Of a DNA stretch of 64,000 bases, positions 1 to 12,795 are shown one piece after another. The notes under the pieces are model-generated. The model made no database searches, was not told where the DNA came from, and worked only from the letters and a program-made list of their open reading frames with translations. Origin of the DNA: Stegostoma tigrinum (Eukaryota). Location: positions 39,206,985 through 39,270,984 of the forward strand of contig NC_081365.1 of the NCBI RefSeq assembly GCF_030684315.1, given 5' to 3'. The stretch's first letter is position 1. The number at the start of each line of letters is the position of its first letter. The position numbers and the translations under genes are program-made.

Positions 1-3000
1 TCCCCCCCTCCCCTCTGTTCTTCCCCCCCTCCCTCTCTTCTTCCCCCCCTCCCCTCTCTTCTTTCCCCCCCCTCCCCTCTCTTCTTCCCCCCCCCTCTCC
101 CTCTCTTCTTCCCCCCCCTCCTCCTCTCTTTCTTCCCCCCCCTCCCCCTCGTCTTCCCCCCCTCCCCTCTCTTCTTCCCCCCTTCCCCTCTCTTCTTCCC
201 CCCCTCCCCTCTCTTCTTCCCCACCCTCCCCTCTCTCTTCTCCCCCCTCCCCTCTCTTCTTCCCCCCCCTCCCCTCTCTTCTACCCCCCCCTCCCCTCTC
301 TTCTTCCCCCCTCCCCCTCTCTTCTTCCCCCCCCCTCCCCTCTCTTCTTCCCCCCCCCCTCCCCTCTCTTCTTCCCCCCCCTCCCCTCTCTTCTTCACCC
401 CCCCCCTCCCCTCTCTTCTTCCCCCCCCCTCCCCTCTCTTCTTCCCCCCCCTCCCTCTCTTCCCCCCCCCTCCCCTCTCTTCTTCCCCCCCCTCCCCTTC
501 TCTTCTTCCCCCCCCCCCCTCCCTCAACATTCTACCCCCCCTCCCTTCTCTTCTTCCCCCCCCCTCCCTTCTCTTCTTCCCCCCCCACCCCTTCTCTTCA
601 TCCCCCCCCCACCCTTCACTCTCCCCCCCTCCCTCTCTCTTCCCCCCCCCTCCCATTCTTCCCCCCCCTCCCTTCTCTCTTCCCCCCCCTCCCCTTCTCT
701 TCTTCCCCCCCCTCCCTTCTCTTCTTCCCCCCCCCTCCCTTCTCTTCTTCCCCCCCCCTCCCTTCTCTTCTTCCCCCCCCTCCCTTCTCATCTTCCCCCC
801 CCCTCCCTTCTCTCTTCCCCCCCCTCCCTTCTCTTCTTCCCCCCCCCTCCCTCTCTCTTCCCCCCCCCTCCTTTCTCTTCTTCCCCCCCCTCCTTCTCTT
901 CTTCCCCCCCCTCCCTTCTCTTCTTCCCCCCCCTCCCTTCTCTTCTTCCCCCCCCTCCCTTCTCTTCTTCCCCCCCCCTCCCTTCTCTTCTTCCCCCCCC
1001 CTCCCTTCTCTTCTTCCCCCCCCCTCCCTTCTCTTCTTCCCCCCCCTCCCCTTCTCTTCTTCCCCCCCCCTCCCCTCTCTTCTTTCCCCCCTCCCCTCTC
1101 TTCTTCCCCCCCCTCCCCTCTCTTCTTTCCCCCCCTCCCCTCTCTTCTTCCCCCCCTCCCTCTCTTCTTCCCCCCCCTCCCCTCTCTCTTCCCCCTCCCC
1201 TCCTCTCTCTCTCTTCTTCCCCCCCCTCCCTCTCTTCTTCCCCCCCCTCCCTTCTCTTCTTCCCCCCCCCTCCCCTCTCTTCTTCCCCCCCCCTCCCCTC
1301 TCTTCTTCCCCCCCCTCCCCTCTCCTTCTTCCCCCCCCTCCCCTCTCTTCTTCCCCCCCCTCCCCTCTCTTCTTCCCCCCCCTCCCCTCTCTTCTTCCCC
1401 CCCTCCCCTCTCTTCTTCCCCCCCCTCCCCTCTCTTCTTCCCCCCCTCCCCTCTCTTCTTCCCCCCCTCCCCTCTCTTCTTCCCCCCCCTCCCCTCTCTT
1501 CTTCCCCCCCTCCCCTCTCTTCTTCCCCCCCCTCCCCTCTCTTCTTCCCCCCCCTCCCCTCTCTTCTTCCCCCCCCTCCCCTCTCTTCTTCCCCCCCTCC
1601 CTCTCTTCTCCCCCCTCCCCTCTCTTCTTCCCCCCCCCCTCTCTTCTTCCCCCCTCTCTTCCCCCCTCCTCTTCTTCCCCCCCTCTCTCTTCCCCCCCCT
1701 CTCTTCTTCCCCCCCCTCTTCTTCCCCCCCTCTCTTCTTCCCCCCCTCTCCCCCCTCTCTTCTTCCCCCCNNNNNNNNNNNNNNNNNNNNNNNNNNNNNN
1801 NNNNNNNNNNNNNNNNNNNNNNNNNNNNNNNNNNNNNNNNNNNNNNNNNNNNNNNNNNNNNNNNNNNNNNNNNNNNNNNNNNNNNNNNNNNNNNNNNNNN
1901 NNNNNNNNNNNNNNNNNNNNNNNNNNNNNNNNNNNNNNNNNNNNNNNNNNNNNNNNNNNNNNNNNNNNNNNNNNNNNNNNNNNNNNNNNNNNNNNNNNNN
2001 NNNNNNNNNNNNNNNNNNNNNNNNNNNNNNNNNNNNNNNNNNNNNNNNNNNNNNNNNNNNNNNNNNNNNNNNNNNNNNNNNNNNNNNNNNNNNNNGCCCT
2101 CCTCCCCCCCTGCCCTCTCCCCCCCCTGCCCTCCTCCCCCCCCCTGCCCTCCTCCCCCCCCTCCCTCCTCTCCTCCCCTGCCCTCCTCTCCTCCCTCCTC
2201 CTCTCCTCCCCTCCTCCTCTCCTCCCTCCCTCCTCTCCTCCCCTCCCTCCGCTCCTCCCCTCCTCCCCCCCCCTGCCCTCCTCCCCCCGCCCCCGCCCTC
2301 CTCCCCCCCCCTGCCCTCCTCCCCCCCCCTGCCCTCCTCCCCCCCCTGCCCCTCCTCCCCCCCCCTGCCCTCCTCCCCCCCCCTGCCCTCCTCCCCCCCT
2401 GCCCTCCTCCCCCCCCTGCCCTCCTCCCCCCCCCTGCCCTCCTCCCCCCCCCTGCCCTCCTCCCCCCCCTGCCCTCCTCCCCCCCCCTGCCCTCCTCCCC
2501 CCCCCTGCCCTCCTCCCCCCCCCCTGCCCTCCTCCCCCCCCTGCCCTCCTCCCCCCCTGCCCTCCTCCCCCCCCTGCCCTCCTCCCCCCCTGCCCTCCTC
2601 CCCCCCCTGCCCTCCTCCCCCCCCTGCCCTCCTCCCCCCCCTGCCCTCCTCCCCCCCCTGCCTCCTCCCCCCCCTCCTCCCCCCCCTCCTCCCCCCCACC
2701 TCCCCCCCCCTCCCTCCCCCCCCCTCCCCCCCCCCCTCCTCCCCCCCCTCCTCCCCCCCCTCCTCCCCCCCCCACCTCCCCCCCCCCTCCTCCCCCCACC
2801 TCCTCCCCCTCTCCTCCCCCCTCTCCTCCCAACCACACCTCCCCCATCACCCCCCCCCTCCTCCCCCCTCCTCCCCCCCTCCTCTCCCCCTCTCTCCCCT
2901 CACCCCACCTCTCCCCCACCTCTCCCCCCCCTCCCCCCTCCTTCCCCCCCCCTTCCCCCCCCCCTTCCCCCCCCCTTCCCCCCCCCTTCCCCCCCCCCAT

Positions 3001-4678
3001 CCCCCCCCCCTTCCCCCCCCCTTCCCCCCCCCCTCCCCCCCCCCTTCCCCCCCCCCACCCCCTAACCCCCCCCCTTCCCCCCCCCCCTTCCCCCCCCCCC
3101 CCCCCCTTCCCCCCCCCTTCCCCCCCCCCCTTCCCCCCCCCCCTTCCCCCCCCCCCTCCCCCCCCCCTCCCCCCCCCCTCCCCCCCCTCCCCCCCCTCCC
3201 CCCCTCCCCTCTCTCCCCTCCACCCCCCCACTCCCCTCTCTTCCCCCCCCACCCCAACCCCTCTCTTCCCCTCCCCTCACCCCTCTCTTCCCACCCCTCA
3301 CCCCTCTCTCCCCTCCCCTCTCCCCTCTCCTCCCCCCCTCCCCTCTCTTCCCCCCCCCTCCCCTCACCCCTCTCTTCCCCTCCCCTCACCCCTCTCTTCC
3401 CCTCCCCTCACCCCTCTCTTCCCCTCCCCTCTCCCCTCTCTCCCCCCCCCTCCCCTCACTTCCCCCCCCCTCCCCTCACTTCCCCCCCCTCCCCACTTCC
3501 CCCCCTCCCCTCTCTTCCCCCCCTCCCCTCTCTTCCCCCCCCTCCCCTCTCTCCCCCCCCTCCCCTCTCTTCCCCCCCCTCCCCTCTCTTCCCCCCCCTC
3601 CCCTCTCTTCCCCCCCCTCCCCTCTCTTCCCCCCCCCTCTCCCCTCACTTCCCCCCACCCCTCACTTCCCCCCCCCTCCCCTCACTTCCCCCCCTCCCCT
3701 CACTTCCCCCCCTCCCTCTCTTCCCCCCCCTCCCCTCACTTCCCCCCCTCCCCTCTCTTCCCCCCCCTCCCCTCTCTTCCCCCCCCTCCCCTCTCTTCCC
3801 CCCCCTCCCCTCTCTTCCCCCCCTCCCCTCTCTTCCCCCCCCTCCCCTCTCTTCCCCCCCCTCCCTCTCTTCCCCCCCCTCCCCTCTCTTCCCCCCCCTC
3901 CCCTCTCTTCCCCCCCCTCCCCTCTTCCCCCCCCTCCCCTCTCTTCCCCCCCCCTCCCTCTCTTCCCCCCCCCTCCCCTCTCTTCTCCCCCCCCCTCCCC
4001 CTCTTCTCCCCCCCCTCCCCTCTCTTCCCCCCCCCTCCCTCCCTCTCTTCCCCCCCCCTCCCTCCCCTCTCTTCCCCCCCCTCCCTCCCCTCTCTTCCCC
4101 CCCCCTCCCTCCCCTCTCTTCCCCCCCCTCCCTCCCTCTCTTCCCCCCCCTCCCTCCCCTCTCTTCCCCCCCCTCCCTCCCCTCTCTTCCCCCCCCTCCC
4201 TCCCCCTCTCTTCCCCCCCCCTCCCTCCCTCTCTTCCCCCCCTCCCTCCCTCTCTTCCCCCCCCCTCCCTCCCCTCTCTTCCCCCCCCCTCCCTCCCCTC
4301 TCTTCCCCCCCTCCCTCCCCTCTCTTCCCCCCCCTCCCTCCCCTCTCTCCCCCCCCCCTCCCTCCCCTCTCTTCCCCCCCCCCCCCCCCTCTCTTCCCCC
4401 CCCCCCTCCCTCCCCTCTCTTCCCCCCCCCCTCCCTCCCCTCTCTTCCCCCCCCCTCCCTCCCCTCTCTTCCCCCCCCTCCCTCCCCTCTCCTCCCCCCC
4501 CCTCCCTCCCCTCTCCTCCCCCCCCTCCCTCCCCTCTCCTCCCTCCCCTCTCCTCCCCCCCCTCCCTCCCCTCTCCTCCCCCCCCCCCTCCCTCCCCTCT
4601 CCTCCCCCCCCCTCCCTCCCCTCTCCCTCCCCCCCCCCTCCCTCCCCTCTCTCCCCGCCCCGGCCCCCCCCCCCCCCA
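1..4678. repeat. Polypyrimidine/polypurine low-complexity satellite with changing unit
   Basis: Almost pure C/T on +. Units: ~21 nt CCCCCCCTCCCCTCTCTTCTT (1-1770), ~17 nt CCCCCCCTGCCCTCCT (2096-2660), CnTT, then CCCCCCTCCCCTCTCTT variants to ~4650. Confidence 0.95.
1771..2095. other. Assembly gap (325 N)
   Basis: Run of N. Confidence 1.
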
Positions 4679-4869
4679 ACTTCTCCCGCCCGCAACTCTG
4701 GTGGAGGTGGCTGAGAGTGCCTGATGAGGCAGCAGTGCAAGATTGGGCAGTGAGGCGGGCCCGGGGCGGATACTGGCAGTGGCATGGTGTGGCTTGGAAA
4801 GCCCAGAGCAAGACTCTGGTGGAGCATGGCAAGGGCTGGAAATCCCTGAATGGATTGTCAGGGGAAAGG

Positions 4870-5016
4870 AAAGTTGGACTCTCTTAAGTTATCATTTTGT
4901 CTTATTCTGAATTAATGTGAATGGTGCCATGTATATATGGTGAACGTACACACTTGTCACTGTATTTTTACACTGAATACATGTGACAATAAACCATTAC
5001 ATCCAATTCAATTCAA
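4870..5016 (+). mobile_element. Probable 3' end of a non-LTR retroelement (Rex1/RTE-type tail)
   Basis: ...cactgtattt...catgtgacAATAAA followed by a short (CAATT)n tail; family assignment from recollection of similar tails only. Confidence 0.45.
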
Positions 5017-5091
5017 TATCCATCCAAGATAATAAAATGTGAGGCTGGATGAACACAGCAGGCCAAGCAGCATCTCAGGAGCACAAAAGCT

Positions 5092-5119
5092 GACGTTTCG
5101 GGCCTAGACCCTTCATCAG
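5092..5119 (-). ncRNA. Minimal hammerhead ribozyme core (PLE)
   Basis: Reverse complement CTGATGA-a-GGGTCTAGGCCC-GAAA-CGTC. Confidence 0.75.
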
Positions 5120-5825
5120 AGAGGGGGATGGGGGGAGGAACTGGAATAAATAGGGAGAGAGGGGGAGGCGGACCGAAGATGGAGAGTAAAGAAGATAGGT
5201 GGAGAGGGTGTAGGTGGGGAGGTAGGGAGGGGATAGGTCAGTCCAGAGAAGACGGACAGGTCAAGGAGGTGGGATGAGGTTAGTAGGTAGCTGGGGGTGC
5301 GGCTTGGGGTGGGAGGAAGGGATGGGTGAGAGGAAGAACCGGTTAGGGAGGCAGAGACAGGTTGGACTGGTTTTGGGATGCAGTGGGTGGGGGGGAAGAG
5401 CTGGGCTGGTTGTGTGGTGCAGTGGGGGGAGGGGATGAACTGGGCTGGTTTAGGGATGCAGTGGGGGACTCCCCTTCCCCCACTGCATCCCTAAACCAGC
5501 CCAGTTCATCCCCTCCCCCCACTGCACCACACAACCAGCCCAGCTCTTCCCCCCCACCCACTGCATCCCAAAACCAGTCCAACCTGTCTCTGCCTCCCTA
5601 ACCGGTTCTTCCTCTCACCCATCCCTTCCTCCCACCCCAAGCCGCACCCCCAGCTACCTACTAACCTCATCCCACCTCCTTGACCTGTCCGTCTTCTCTG
5701 GACTGACCTATCCCCTCCCTACCTCCCCACCTACACCCTCTCCACCTATCTTCTTTACTCTCCATCTTCGGTCCGCCTCCCCCTCTCTCCCTATTTATTC
5801 CAGTTCCCTCCCCCCATCCCCCTCT

Positions 5826-5853
5826 CTGATGAAGGGTCTAGGCCCGAAACGTC
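5826..5853 (+). ncRNA. Minimal hammerhead ribozyme core (PLE)
   Basis: CTGATGA-a-stem II GGGT/GCCC-GAAA-CGTC; palindromic ACGT in place of helix III. Confidence 0.75.
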
Positions 5854-5952
5854 AGCTTTTGTGCTCCTGAGATGCTGCTTGGCCTGCTGTGTTCATCCAG
5901 CCTCATATTTTATTATCTTGGAATCTCCAGCATCTGCAGTTCCCATTATCTC

Positions 5953-6380
5953 CAATATCCATCCAGCTGCCTTTTAAATATTGTAATTGTATGAGCCTTC
6001 AACACTTCCTCTGGTTGCTCATTCTATATACAACCATCCTCTGTGTGAAAAAGTTGCCCCTCAGGTTCCTTTTAAATATTTCTCCTCTTACCATAAACCT
6101 ATGCCCTCTAAGTTTGGACTACCCTTCAGGGGAAAAAACTTTGCTATTCACCCTTTCCATTCCCCCTCATGTTATTAACCTCTATGGTCACCTGTCAGCC
6201 TCTGAAGCTCCAGGGAAAGTAGCCCCAGCTATTCAGCATCTCCCTGTAGCTCAAATCCTCCAATCCTGGCAACATCTCTGTAGATCTTTCCTGAACTTGT
6301 TCAAATTTAACATCTTTCCTATTGCAAGGAGATCAGATTTGAACACAGTATCCTAAAAGTGGCCTCACCAGTACCCTGTG
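5953..6380 (-). mobile_element. CR1 LINE 3' fragment
   Basis: Reverse-complement similarity to the CR1 3' regions at 7700-8120 and 10731-11230. Confidence 0.8.
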
Positions 6381-7049
6381 ATTACATTTCATAAATATTT
6401 CAGGTTTTCTTGATGAGGACGAAGAGGGACTGGGCGGGGGGGGGAGTTCTTAATTGGAGGAAGGCTGATTTTGCACCACTTGTTCACTATATACCCCTAC
6501 AACTCTCTGCTTCTATTCTGACTGCCTAAGCATTCTTGATTTTCTTTTGACCATTTGCAACCACACTTTCAGCACCCAATACGCAAAACTCTGGTTTGAC
6601 AACTTAAGGCTGATATGATTGCACAGTGTTTGGCAATCCAGAAGACAAGGACTATGAAGAAGTATGAAAGACAACTGTTTTTGCACCGCAACCTCTGCCA
6701 GCAAGCTCACAGGTGATGTTCACTCATGACTTGGTTTTTTGGCAGTCTTTTGAATGTAGCGAGAGTAATTTAGAAGTGGCTGAGTCACTCTGGTATAGTT
6801 GGTCATGCTGCACATGTTCACAGTTAGTAACATTTAAGATGTTTTGTGTAATTGGAGTCCTTGGAAGCTAGATTGATGGGATTAGTCTGGGTATCAGCAG
6901 ATCAGTTTTCAGTGCATTTCGGGTAGTCTTGGGCTGGAAGGCAGTATCATTTGAGGTTTGAGTTCAGGTACTCTTTTTGATTAAGTATAGAGAAGATTGT
7001 GCATTAAATAGGCCTAAATGCCTTGAACCTGTCAATTTGTCAAGGCCTG

Positions 7050-8420
7050 TAAACAGAGACTGGTGAGGGCAGAGCAATGGACGTTGTTTACATGGACTTT
7101 TAGTAAAGCTTTCAACAAGGTTCTGCATGGTGGACTAATTAGTAAAGTTAGATCATGTGGGATTCAAGGTGAATTTGTCAGTTGCATACATAATTGGCTG
7201 GAAACAGAAGGGCAGTGGAGGGTTACTTTTCAGCCTGCAGGCCTGTCACCAGCGGTATTCTGCAGGGATTGTTTCTGGGGCCTCTCTTGTTTGTCAATTA
7301 TATAAATGATTTGGATCAGAATATAGAAGGCATGGTTAGTAAATTTGCAGACAAGGCCAAAGTTAGTGGCATAGTAGACAGTTTTTAAGAAGGTTTTCTG
7401 AGATGGAAAAGGGATCTTGACCAAATAGATCAATGGGCTGAAAAATGGCAGATCGCATTCAATCTGGATAAATGTGAGGTATTGCATTTTGGTACAACAA
7501 AAAAACAGAAGGACTTAGACACCTAATGGTAGGGCCTTAAGTAGTGTCATAGAACAGAGAGACCATGGGGTTCAGGTGCATAATTCTTTGAAGTTTGCGT
7601 CACAATAGACAGGGTGGTTAAAAAGACATTTGGCGTGCTTGCCTTCATAGCACAGTCCTTTGAGTATAGGAGTTTGGAGGTCATGTTGAGGTTGTCCAGG
7701 ACATTGGTGAGGCCTCTTCTGGAATACTGTATCCAGTTCTGGTTGCCCATTTATAGGAAGAATATTTTTAAGCTGGAGAGGGTTCAGTAGAGATTTATCA
7801 GGGTTTTACCAGGTGTGGAAGATTGAATTTAGAAAGAGAGAATGGAGAATGAGACTTTTTCCACTGGAGCCTAGAAGGTTGAGAGGCAACCTTATAAAAG
7901 TTTCCAGAATATTGAGGGATATAGAGAGTTAGTAGTTGTTGTCTTTTTGCTAAGATGGGGAATTTCAAGACTATGGGGCACCTTAAGTTGGGAGTAGAGA
8001 GATTTTTTAAAAAGACATGAGGGGCATTTTTTTTTTTGAGGATGGTTTACACGTGGAATGAACCTCCTGAGGAAGTGGTGGATTGCTGTGTTTAAAAGAC
8101 TTTTGGATAAATACATGAATTAGAAAGGTATGGAGGGATACGGGTCAGGAGCAGGCAGGTGAGACTAGTTTAGTTTGGTGTTCACTAATGTCCTTTAGGG
8201 AAGGAAACTGCCATCCTTACTGGGTCTGGCCTACATGTGACTCCAGACCCACAGCAATGTGGTTGACTCTGAACTGCCCTCTGGGCAATTAGGGATGAGT
8301 AATAAATGCTATCTAGCTGACAACATCCTCATCTCGTTAATGCATGAACAAAAAAAGATTGTTTGGCATGGACTAGTTAGATCGAAGGGCCTGTTTCCAT
8401 GCTGCATGACTCTATAACTA
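7050..8420 (+). mobile_element. CR1 LINE, 5'-truncated and decayed (RT to 3' tail), interrupted by a SINE
   Basis: RT motifs DFSKAFNKVLHG, QGLFLGPLLF, SKFADK; CR1 3' tail gggcctgtttccatgctgcatgactcta. Confidence 0.88.
8181..8355 (+). mobile_element. Deu-domain SINE (SacSINE/AmnSINE-like), 5'-truncated
   Basis: ggaaggaaactgccatcctta...ggtctggcctacatgtgactccagacccacagcaatgtggttgactct is a Deu-type core; 3' tail gggcaattagggatg...aaaaaaa shared with the LINE at 37748-37818. Confidence 0.75.
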
Positions 8421-8554
8421 AAAATACCTTGCAATATTTATTTGGGAAGGGCTGTACTTTTCTCAATAGAGTAAAAACTGCAATATGAAAATTTAAATAA
8501 TAGAACATTTCTTATGTGCGCAGGTACTTCTGGTTTTAGGAAGAAATAGTAATC

Positions 8555-8945
8555 ACAGGCTAGGCCAGCATTTCTTGCCTGTTGGAGAAGCTAGCAGTAA
8601 TCTTCCTTATGGGACTGCTACAGTCCTAGGGGCATGAGGATCCCCACAATGCTGGTAAGAAGGAAGTTCCAGGATTTTGCCCGAATGACGGTGAAGGGGC
8701 AGTCATATAGTTCCAAGTCAGGGTGGTGAATGGCTTGGAGGCAAAGTTACAGGTGATGTGTCCCTTCAGCTGCTGCTCTTGTCCTTCTGGATGTTCAAGA
8801 TTATGGGCTTGGAAGTTGCTGTCTAAGGAGCCTCAGTGAATTGTTGCAGTGCATATTTTAGATGGTACACACTGCTGTCAAAGTGCGTCTGTGTTGTAAG
8901 GAATGAATTTTGAAGTTGCTGGTTAGGCTAGCTGTCAAGTAAGCT
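8555..8945 (-). mobile_element. CR1/L2-group LINE 3' fragment (family of 34897-37818)
   Basis: Reverse-complement similarity to 37400-37790. Confidence 0.75.
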
Positions 8946-10730
8946 GCATTTTCTAACTCAATGAAATGGCATGATAGGTGAACAGGAAAAGGGTGGTGAG
9001 TGGAAGTATTTGATATCAAGTTATAAAGAGCCATGAGGGATGGCCAGAGGACCGCAAGTTATATGAGTTGGCATGAGTGGGGCATTGGGAGTATATGTGG
9101 ATGAGGGGAACTGAGGGGTGAATGCTGGAAGAATGTTTCTTATTTTCTTCCCTTTCGGAGAGGTAAGGTTCCCCTTCGGATATGGTTCCGGCACACCTTT
9201 TGTGAGGGTAACGGTGCTCTCTGGGACTGTTTGAAAGGCATATGTGTAGATAAAAAGTTTAACTCATTAGAGCTTGCAATGTTGTCAAGAAACTGTCCAA
9301 AAGGGATAAAAATAAAATGAGTGTTTGAGAGTGCTTGTTTACCTAAGACCATTATAGGATTTGTGTCAAGTGACTGATTTCCCAAACTATCATTTTCACA
9401 GTTGGGTGCTTATTGATTGAAAGTTTACTTCCTTCTCAATGAAAATGTTTGTTGATACAAACTTTTAAGAACTTAAAAGTTTTTTTTCGTTTGTTGACAC
9501 CAAAGTATCAGACCATTAATGTTTGTTTATATAAGTCATGTAACACTTCAGTAAATTGCTTACTTTCAAAGGGATTTGTTGAAGTATGGTAGATTTGTTG
9601 AGCTAGATTCATTCAGACCCTTGGCATCCCAGTCTGGCCAGAACTGGGCATCCTCTTAGGCTTCTCTCAGGTCACCTGTCCTGACTTGCGATCCAAGCTG
9701 CCTCCAAAACTCGGACTGAAAATTCTGAAATGTGAGCAGCCGTTCTTAAGTGGTGGTTTCATGGAGCCCGATTCTTTTCCTCTGCCCCAGGATAGAAAAT
9801 CAAGGCTTTAGTAATCAATTTAGTTAATCAAGTCTCGGCAAAACCCTCTGTTAATGTGTATATCTTGCAGAGATTCTATTTGTTCATGCCTGTAGCAGCT
9901 ATTGCTTCAAAACAAGTAATTATAGTCTGATGTCAGAAACACATGATAAAGTGGTTTAATTCAGTGGGAATTCTAGCTTTTCATGTTCCCTAGCGGTTTG
10001 ATTCTGTGTTATCATCTCACTGTCAGGAATACAGATATTGCTCGTTTACAGCTGTAAGCATGCTGGCAGAGTCTGTCTTTTTTGAAAAAAAGTGAAATAG
10101 TTGATCAGCTTCAAAACAAAAAGTCCACTTGGAAAGGAAAAACTGGTAATTGCATTATCAAAAAATTACATTGTCATAACATCATGCACAGAGCATTATG
10201 TTGGTAAATGTTTGCTGTCATGGCAACAAGTAAATTATTTCCATCTTCGACAGCTATACTCACCATATTTGATGGTGAAATTTGGTGATCAAGTCTCTGG
10301 TTGCTTGGTGATAAGGTTACACATTGTACACCTGGCTTAGAAGTGTCCACATGTGGATGGTATGCCTACAGTGAAAGCCACACTACCACTTGAAACTTCA
10401 TGGAACAAACCAAACATATTTGAAAACAAATATTCAGTTGCCTAGACAACTTCTAGGGCCAGGGAGCTTGCCAGTTCTTATGGAACATTGCTCCAACTTC
10501 ATGAACTCATGGATACTGCATCCTTCATTACCTTACTCTCTCAATCTCTTAGCCCCTATCCCTCCTTCAGAGATGGAAGAGAAAGAGGGTCTCGGTAGGG
10601 TGAGTGCAAAAATGAAAAGGAAGGAAGGGAGCACCTGGAACCTCTTTGCTCCAGATGAGGTATCCTTGAATAGTTAATCATACTTCAGTTCTCAGAAAAT
10701 CTCATTTATTGCAAAATTTCTCAACTATCA

Positions 10731-11230
10731 CAGTTCTGGGCGCCCTATTATAGGAAAGATGTGGATGCTTTGGAGAGGGTTCAGAGGAGGTTTACCAGGA
10801 TGCTGCCTGGACTGGAGGGCTTATCTTATGAAGAGAGGTTGACTGAGCTCGGTCTCTTTTCATTGGAGAAAAGGAGGAGGAGAGGGGACCTAATTGAGGT
10901 ATACAAGATAATGAGAGGCATAGATAGAGTTGATAGCCAGAGACTATTTCCCAGGGCAGAAATGGCTAGCACGAGGGGTCATAGTTTTAAGCTGGTTGGT
11001 GGAAAGTATAGAGGGGATGTCAGAGGCAGGTTCTTTACGCAGAGAGTTGTGAGAGCATGGAATGCGTTGCCAGCAGCAGTTGTGGAAGCAAGGTCATTGG
11101 GGTCATTTAAGAGACTGCTGGACATGTATATGGTCACAGAAATTTGAGGGTGCATACATGAGGATCAATGGTCGGCGCAACATTGTGGGCTGAAGGGCCT
11201 GTTCTGTGCTGTACTGTTCTATGTTCTATC
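10731..11230 (+). mobile_element. Young CR1 LINE 3' fragment
   Basis: Open ORF2 C-terminus LERVQRRFTRMLPGL...RGDLIEVYKIM...FFTQRVVRAWNALP; tail ttctatgttcta. Confidence 0.92.
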
Positions 11231-11689
11231 AGTCTGTCTCTGAAGGATCATTGCCACATTTTTTGACCAACATTCAAAAATAAAAGCACACAGAAAATTC
11301 TTTAAACTTTATCAAATAGCTCTCTTCAATGATATATTTTGACAATTCAAAGGCAATTGTGGATGAACAATACATCATGGTCTTGCCAATTGCCTACATC
11401 CTGCAAAAGAATAAAGAAAATAAACATGCTTCTCTTTTAAGATTTGCAAGTTAGCTGTGTATTGTGCTAACCATGTGTAATTCTGGAATTACTGCTGAGT
11501 GTGCAAACTATCAGTGGCACGTTTTGTGCTCAGCTACTTACTGCAATTGTTGAATGAACCAGGGTAGCACAAAATTTACATGGTGCCTGCCACAACTTAA
11601 TCAAGCACAGGGTAATCACATGTCATGATCCATGTAGCTGCTAGCAGTCTTAATTGAATTATTAGCCCTAGATAACCTAATCTGGTTGG

Positions 11690-12795
11690 AGTCAAACCTA
11701 GCACAAGGGAAGATATTTGGGGTTGTTGGAAATCAACCGTTTCAGCCTCAGGCCATCAGTACATGAGTTCCTCAGGGCAAGTATTCTGAATCAACCTGTT
11801 TGGATATGTTGTGAGAGTTTTGACTTAAACCCAGACATTCTTGCCTAGAGGCAGGAACTCTACCACTGTGAGTTCCTCAGGGTAGTGTCCTGGATTCAGT
11901 CATTTTCAGCAGCTTCATAAGTGACCTTCTCCCTGTCATAAAGTAAAAAGTGGGGATGTTCACTGATGAATTTTCGATGTTCAGCACCATTGATTAATTC
12001 CTCAGATACCGAAGCAGTCCATGTCCATATGCAACGACACCTGGACAAGAACTAGGCTTGAGTTGATAAATAGCAAGTACATTCACACCACCTGTACCAG
12101 GCAATGACCATTTCTCAAATAATTGAATCATCATCTTGATATACAATTGCATTATCATCACTGAAAGTCACACTATCAACATCATGGGGGTCACCATTGA
12201 CTAGAAACTGAACTACAGTAATTATATAAATACCGAGCTGGTACTGAGCTACAAGAGCAGGTTAGACCATAGGAATTCTATGTGAATTACAGATTTCCTG
12301 TCTTCCTGATGGGTAACTGCCATCAACATTGCACGTGTTTATTCGGCATTCGCCTGGATGTGTGCAACTTGAATATCACTCAGGAAGCTTAATGCCATCC
12401 AGAACAAAGTAAACTACTTGATCTACCACCTTGCATGTTCAGTCTTTGCATCTCAGATGCACAGTGGCAGATGTGTATATCATGTACAAGATGCTTGACA
12501 TAACGTCACCGAAGCTCCTCCAGTAGCACCTTTCACATTCGTTGACTGCCCCATCTAGACAATAAACGTGTTAGATTCCTGGGAACCTCACTACTAACAT
12601 GTTCTGATTTAGAAATATATCACCGTAGTTTAGCTGGAATTGGGTTAAAATCCTGGAACTGCCTCTCACGACACTCTTGGTGTCCCTATGTCCCAAGAAC
12701 TACACTATCACCTTCATGGCAGTGGCAGATACTGGTTATGGTAATAACTGCTGGTCTGAGCAGTGACATCCAAACCCATGAGCGAATAAAAAATA
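11690..12795 (+). mobile_element. CR1/L2-group LINE 3' portion (family of 34897-37818)
   Basis: Colinear similarity to 36815-37818, ending gaataaaaaa. Confidence 0.82.
11778..11868 (-). mobile_element. Very short tRNA-derived SINE-like insert
   Basis: 14 bp TSD tgagttcctcaggg (11764-11777, 11869-11882); minus strand has A-box-like CAGTGGTAG and B-box-like GGGTTTAAGTC. Confidence 0.65.

Larger units (their letters stand above)
5023..5952. mobile_element. Penelope-like element, fold-back insertion of the 3' terminal region (arms 5023-5468 / 5476-5922)
   Basis: ~446 bp near-perfect inverted arms, 7 nt spacer, 13 bp TSD caatatccatcca at 5014-5026 and 5953-5965; same sequence as the 3' end of the RT/GIY-YIG copies at 14652, 30234 and 49030. 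Confidence 0.93.

Noticed and set aside
616-4832. Long Gly/Glu/Arg ORFs up to 878 aa
   Set aside because: A purine-only strand has almost no stop codons; open in several frames and spanning an N gap
6400-6720. Possible short plus-strand terminal exons (GFLDEDEEGLGGGGSS*, FGNPEDKDYEEV*)
   Set aside because: Too short, weak acceptors, no supporting upstream exons or homology
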